Assembly (NCBI RefSeq): GCF_009914755.1
Contig: NC_060938.1
Direction: 5' to 3' (one strand)
From: the human T2T-CHM13v2.0 reference genome, Homo sapiens
DNA: 64,000 nucleotides
Shown here: positions 57,559-64,000 of the stretch, piece after piece
Position numbering within the stretch: position 1 is the first letter of the stretch
Layout: every line of letters starts with the position of its first letter
Made by a program: the position numbers and the translations under genes
The notes under the pieces: generated by a model
What the model was told of the DNA's origin: nothing
What the model saw: the letters and a program-made list of their open reading frames with translations, nothing else
The model's database searches: none

Positions 57559-57665
57559 CAAAACATTTCAAACAAGAATTTCAGCTAGTGTCAGAATAAT
57601 AATAGTGAACAGCACAAGAGAGTTATTAAGGAATTTAGATACATTAATTGATAAATTCAGTACAG
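57559..57665 (+). pseudogene. Ghost exon: Ras-association (RA) domain N-half
   Basis: atatcag| 107 nt CAG|gtaaga; open frame KTFQTRISASVRIIIVNSTRELLRNLDTLIDKFST aligns ungapped with RA consensus TYKTILVSSSTTAEEVIEALLEKF. Confidence 0.6.
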
Positions 57666-57941
57666 GTAAGATATTTTGCTGATATTTACACTTTTAAAAC
57701 CGTTAGGAAGGAGGATCTTAATTAAAATTTATTTTGATAATCCCATGTGTTTTCTAATGTCAGGGTTTTAATCTACTACATTTAAATGCAATGAACACAA
57801 ATTATGCAGAAAAAAATAGTCTTTACTTCCATATTTATGACAGTATTTAACAGAAAAAAAAAACCTTGGTACATGCTTTACAACACGATAAGAAATATAT
57901 TTTTATAATTTTAGAATTTATTGCTCTTGCTTATTATGTAG

Positions 57942-58026
57942 GTTAAAACTGCAGAAGCAAAGCAATAGTGATTCACCTCCACGCTTCATGTATGTTATTA
58001 AAATGCACTGGATGAATTTGATGTAA
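57942..58026 (+). pseudogene. Candidate ghost exon: RA domain C-terminus
   Basis: ttattatgtag|; LKLQKQSNSDSPPRFM resembles the RA end 'LQLQKLW....LRFVL'. A possible intervening exon starts at 57764 (GFNLLHL). Confidence 0.35.
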
Positions 58027-58377
58027 TTTCTAATGTCTTCAAGAATTGAGAGCTTCCATCTTTACCCCATAACATTCCTAAAAAAGAAAATATCTGTTAC
58101 TATGATTTAGATTTTTATAGTATGAATTAAAAATAAGCATGATTCTTGGATGAGTTAAAAAGTAAAACATAAAAGCAGAGAAGTCATATTACAGCATTTT
58201 TAAGTGTTCCCAGGTTCTTGGTGGTAGCCTCAGGCCCACAATGAGGAGTGCAGTCAGGTCACACCAAAAGAAAACAACACAGTAACCAAATGACATTTCT
58301 GTATCTCTTATTTATTCAGCAGAACTGTGAGCTCATTAACCAATATCTCCTTTCCGGTCTCCAGGTGGACATTATCT

Positions 58378-58875
58378 ATGATTCCCTTAGCTATCATTCA
58401 GTTTTTCTTATATAACAAAAAAGCCCCAAATGCCTTAAAGCTGCAAGATGTAAAGCCACAAGCATTTGTTTATTTCATAATTCTACAGGTAAGCAATTTG
58501 GTCTGGGCAGTTCTTCTCATGTTAGTGTCTGAAGTCAGCTGCTGGGGGCTCGCCGTCTAGGATGGCCTCTGCTGGGAAAGTTCAACACAGCTTGCACATG
58601 GTGTCTCAGCTCCTGCGGGCCAGCAGGAGCTTGTTCACATGGTATTGGCAGGGTTCAGAGAGAGTAGAATCATGCCAGCTGTTTTAGGGCTTAGTCTCAG
58701 AGCAGACACTCTGTCACTTTCATCACATTCTATAGCCAAAGAAAGTCACTGGGACTTTCCAGATTCAGGGAGATGGAGGGATAGTCTCCACCTCTTGTTG
58801 GGAGGACCTGGAAATTCACACTGCAAAGTGCATGAATATTGTGAGGGAGAAAAACTATTTCTATAATCTATCACA
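58378..58875 (-). mobile_element. MLT1 (H/G-like) LTR
   Basis: gggcagttcttc...cactttcatcacattctatagccaaag. Confidence 0.6.
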
Positions 58876-60532
58876 CTTCCATTACTCTTAATGTAGCATT
58901 ATACTCTCCTCCAATGACCACATAAGCAAGCTCAGACAACCAATGTTTTCACATATAATATATGTATGAATGTCTATACACATATCATTTGCATATGCTT
59001 TTTACATTTCATGTAAATGATAGTATAAATTGTTATGATTTTTGTTCTGTTAATTCAATATTATTTTTGATTGCCATGAATATAGCTATAAATGCAATGA
59101 TTTACCTTTGATTAGAACATTTTATTGCATGACTATATATGCAAATATAAATACCTAATACATCACTATCATTTACCGTATTTATGGGCTTTGAGTGTTT
59201 CTAGATTTTCATTATTCCCCAAAGTGTAACAATTAACACCCATCCAAATATCTTGTGTGTGTATATATATATATATATACACACACAAGACTTTTATCAG
59301 GGAATATACTTAGAATTAGAATTCTGATGGGAAATTTACCTTTTCAATTTCATCATGTAAGTTAAATACAAATTTCTTTCCAAAGTGACAGTATCAATTT
59401 GCAACCCCAGCAACAGTATATTAGAGCTTCTATTTCCGGTATTCTAGCCAATACTAAATGTCATCAGGATGTAAATTTACAAATGAAAAATATCTTATTA
59501 TTGAAATAAGGTATAAATTGTTACTTTCCCATATAATACTACATTCTCTCAAAAATTCTGGTATTTGTCCAAGGGAAATTGAATTGAAAAGCTTTCTGAA
59601 TAACACAGAATGATAGTATTCACCAGAACTCTCTTTGAGTGTGTGTGGACTCTACATTAAGTGTTTCTCGACTCTCCCATTAGCAACCACTTCAATTGCT
59701 AATGAGTACTAATATTTCCTATGATTCCCTTCAATTCTGATGGGCGCTTGGTCGGACATAGGATGAGAAATGCTTTAGGATCGTTAGCTAAAAAATGCCT
59801 ACTCAGTTGTCTTCTCATCAATTTCTTTTCTCTTTGATTCCAACCTCAGTGGGTACATTCCTCCAGCCTTCCTCAATTTTTGTGGAAAGACATAAATTAG
59901 TAAAAGTTCTAGAGAACTCCTTGGATTGAACTAGGTCTAAAGATTTTTCTAAGTCTTAAAAATTATCATATGTAAACTAATTACTCATTTAAAGCAGAAA
60001 ATATGAATATAACTTTAAAACTATATATCAAGTATCTGGAACAAAAGTGAAAAAATCTGTCAGTCATGCAAATGTCGTTCAAAAGTTACAAACATCGAGA
60101 TGTTTACACATTTTAGACAATGTAATACATATTTTGAAGAATGGTTTATGTTTGTGTAATTGTAAATTTCTAGTCCACTCAGGTCTGATAAATTAAGGTT
60201 TAGGTACATATATCAGGGATAGTTAGCTCTTGTCTGAATGCCATTTTAATAGAATACTATAGTAGGACTTTATAAGCAAAAGATTATTTAAATAATAAAA
60301 TAGGTATTTACTTAATAAATACTAATAATGTATTATTTGTTAGGGAAGGTACTAAGCATGCAAAGATAAATAAGAAATAATCTCATGAGGATCTTACAAA
60401 TGTAAACAAACATGTATAGCAAACATGTCTGTATATATTATGATATATATCACATTATAATTATATAAAATACAGTAAAAATAGTGCTAAGAATATAAAT
60501 TACAAAAAGATATGTGTATGTGCTTGTGTGTG

Positions 60533-61236
60533 TGTGACAAACTAAAAATAAAATTCTAAGACCCCCAACTGACTGAACGGGCCATCCTTTGGCCATAGAG
60601 ACCCCAGAGTAGCCTTGAAAATTAAGTCATTGGCCGTGATAAGAAGGGATAGGAGGTTGAACATGCCTCTTTATACATTGCTATCCCTCGCCAACTGCCA
60701 TTAGTCTTTCTTCCCTAAGGGCTAAACAGATACCAGCCCTTTCAAGAAATGTCACCACTGATATCAACCAACTACCTGATGCTGCTACCCTTCTTTTTTT
60801 TTGCCTGATAAGAGGCCACTCAACACAGAGAGTTTCCAGACAGTCTATGGAGAATGCAGAGTAAGAGTTTTCATGTCATCTGATTCACTGTTTGACATCA
60901 GAGGGCTAGAAACTCCACCTTTGAAACATAGTAACCCTGACATTTTTTTGTACATAGGACCCAGGGAGAGTCATGAAGCTCAGCTGCACACCTTTCCTAA
61001 CTATTTATGATTCCACGTATAACTTACTTAAAACTTGTATTTGGCCACCTCATTCAGCATAAATTCCTGTTCCCTTCCCTTTGCTCCTCCCTCAAAGTAT
61101 CTGCTTCTGGCTTCTACTGGAAGCTATGCTTCCCAGCCTGTCAGAATGGCCACCCTGCAGGCTGTAACCCTTTATAAGAAATAAAGTCTCTTCCTCTCCT
61201 TATCTAAATTTATAAATTGTATTTTTAAAGTTAATG
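60533..61236 (+). mobile_element. MER39-like (MER4-group) LTR
   Basis: aactaaaaataaaattctaagacccccaactgactgaac start; aataaagtctc poly-A signal. Confidence 0.7.
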
Positions 61237-61695
61237 GTATATTTATTCAATAATTTAAATTAAGTCTAAAAGACAGATTATAAATATCATCCACCATTGT
61301 TCAGTTCAGATATTTGGTTGCAAGATGAACTATAGCTGCCTCCAAGAAATCTATAGAATGAGACTTACAAACCCACAGGAACAAAAATAACAGCAGAGAA
61401 ACTACTGCACTGATTTCATTGCAGAAACAGGTTTATTTTCAAGGCTTAATCACGGGGACAAACCAATGCTAACTAAATTCATTCTCTTAGTAACTCCACA
61501 AATTTAAATTTCAGGGAAGCAGTATTCAATTTACCAATGGAGTACAGAAAATCTAATAGAGTACCACAAGATGATAACCAGCAAGAAAAGTCTTATTCCC
61601 AAGGAACTTGGATTCTCTTGGGAAGAATGCATGGATGCAGGAAGGCCAAGAAACAACACTGACCACTAAAAGCATTGCATCCAAAAGATATCTTC

Positions 61696-62024
61696 TATGG
61701 ACTAAATTTATGTGCCCCTACCCCCAAATTAATATGTTGAAATCCTGACTCAAAATACTAGGATGGTATTAGGAGGTGGAACCTTTGGCAGTAATTAGGT
61801 CATGAAGTTGGAGACCTAATGAATGGGACGTATGCCTTTATAAGAGGGACTATAGGTCTCTCACCTTTTTTCTGCCATATAAGGATACCATGAGAAGAGG
61901 GTCTGCACCAGAACCCAACCATATCCTGAACTTCCACCTTCCAGAGCTGTGAAAGATGAATTTGTAGTTTATAAGCCACTCAGTCCACAGTAGTTTGTTA
62001 CATAAGCCAGAATAGATTAAGACA
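61696..62024 (+). mobile_element. MLT1A0-like LTR
   Basis: gtattaggaggtggaacctttgg...ataagccactcagtc...taagaca. Confidence 0.8.
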
Positions 62025-63629
62025 ATATCCGTATGTATGTGTTTTGTCCTGATTATCAATTTTTCCTGATTTGTAGGTACTCAGAGGTGACTATGATCCT
62101 GCTTTCCTTTCTCCAATTCCATCTTGATCCTTTGGTCTTTTCTATTATGTTTCACTCATAATATATTATTGATATTTATTTCTGGCACCCTCCACCAGCC
62201 CCCCTTTATTTTTCTCAATGATGCTGAGGTTTAGAATTGTTTTTTGGCTTAACTCAATGTCCCATGGTAAGTACTATTCACTCAGTTATTCATTTAAGAA
62301 ATAGTAATTGAATTATGCATGCTTCTAGGTAATAGAGGTAAAAGGATAAGCAAGAAAAAAAGCACATTTTGTTGATGCTTGAAATTGAGTGTTTTTCATC
62401 TATTTTTTTCCTGTTAGTTTAGTCTTTATTTTTCTTTTTAAACTTCTTAAATTGTTTCTTCTCTTACCTATTTTTCCCACCCTGCTACTTCTTTTATTCT
62501 AAAATATCTTATTTATTGGTAGGAGATACTTATTCAGCTCTCTTGAAATACGTCATTTTGAAAAGAAAGAATTATATTCTCATTAATACTGCCAATAAGT
62601 TAGTTAATTCCTCCAGGAATCAAACTCTTGACTTCCTGGTTTCAAAGTGCAGGAACATAGAGTTGACTTTTCTTTGAAGCCCTCTAATATTAATTTAAGG
62701 CAGATGTCAAAGATGTTGCCCATCCCAACCAATCAGTCATCAGCATGGAAACTGATAGAAACTCTAGTGTTTCAATATAGTTCTGTTCAACACACACATT
62801 TATTTAAAGACTAGCGATTTCTTTTCAAGATGTTTTGCCTTGCTTCCCCTTAAATTAGAATGAATATCTTTGCTTAATATTATATATGTAAATAGTTTTC
62901 CATCCTCTTCCAATTTTCCCCCCATCCCCCACCATCTCACAACAATTCACATCCCAAAACAAGCATGAATGGAGACGTTAGGAGAGATTGAGGATGCAAT
63001 CTGCATCCTTAATTTGACCTTGGAGGTCTCATTTTATCTTCCGCTTCTAAACACTCAGTGTCTAAGGACACACAACGCTTTCCTACTATGTTGAGAAATT
63101 TTCATATGTATCCAAATTGTATGCATCAGCTTTTAGTTGAGTATGTCCTCCTCTGTGCGTACATAGGACCAAGCAACAGATATAAACCAATAATGAATAT
63201 GTTTTGAAGAATGACCATGGAAATTTCAACTCGAGAGGACCTGGGAAAGAAATCCATGGCCAAATAAGTTTAGGAAACATGATATCCTAAAATCCTCACT
63301 TGCAGATTCATAATGCATATGAAAGGTATTTATATGCATAACTTGTGTGTATAGATGTATATAGATGTTTGTGTCAGTGTAAAATATCCATTAACATCCT
63401 GCTGATCTGGTGTTTTATAGAACAAAGTTTAGAAAATAATAACTTCAGTGGCTTATACTAATACAAGTAAAGTGATGGCAAACACTCAGAAGAAGGAAAT
63501 TTTCAGAGTATGATTGGTGGCTGTGTTTATCAAATAAAAATGTGTTTAAATGAGGACTACACTATTGCATGATAAGAGGATGAAATCTGTGCCTAAACTT
63601 GGAATATATGGGAAAATGTCAAAAAGAGA

Positions 63630-63960
63630 TATATATTTATTCAGTAAATATATAGTACTCACCTACTGTGTGTCTGGCCTTGTCAAGGCATTTGGGGTAA
63701 ATCAGAAAACAGTGCTGAGAAAGCTCTCTGCCCTTAGGCAGTTTATTTTCTAAAAGAGAGGAGACACACAACACTCTATAACCAACATGCAAATAGAATT
63801 GTATGATACCAGATGACAATTATGATGGGAAAAAAAGTAAGGAATGTAAGAGATGCTGGAGAGAGGAAAGAAATAACAATTTTATATAGGGTGGTCAGTA
63901 TACATTTCAGTGAAAAAGTGACAACTGAAGAAACATTAAAGGAGACAATGGAAAGGCAAA
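63630..63960 (-). mobile_element. L2 3' end
   Basis: ttattcagtaaatat...cctactgtgtgtctggc. Confidence 0.6.
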
Positions 63961-64000
63961 AGGAACAACCAATGGAAACATTTTACTGTAGGAAAGTACC

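Overview
AT-rich primate (human-like) genomic DNA dominated by interspersed repeats: old L1s, L2/MIR, four Alus, ERV1/ERVL/MaLR LTRs, and hAT/Tigger DNA transposons. No intact protein-coding gene is visible. The supplied ORFs are mostly decayed L1/Alu/LTR frames or chance ORFs. The unique sequence between the repeats holds a colinear series of short + strand segments bounded by splice signals (~6.6-58 kb). Translated with stops and frameshifts allowed, they follow in order the motifs of a REM - CDC25/RasGEF - Ras-association (RA) protein, which is the RalGDS/RGL-type architecture. I interpret this as a heavily decayed, intron-containing (possibly unitary) Ras-family GEF pseudogene. That call comes from by-eye alignment to remembered domain consensuses and needs HMM and comparative confirmation. 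The window also has several local templated duplications (100-260 bp copied 0.7-3 kb away, most with complex junctions) and two motif-dense candidate enhancers. Repeat subfamily names and the boundaries of old repeats are approximate.
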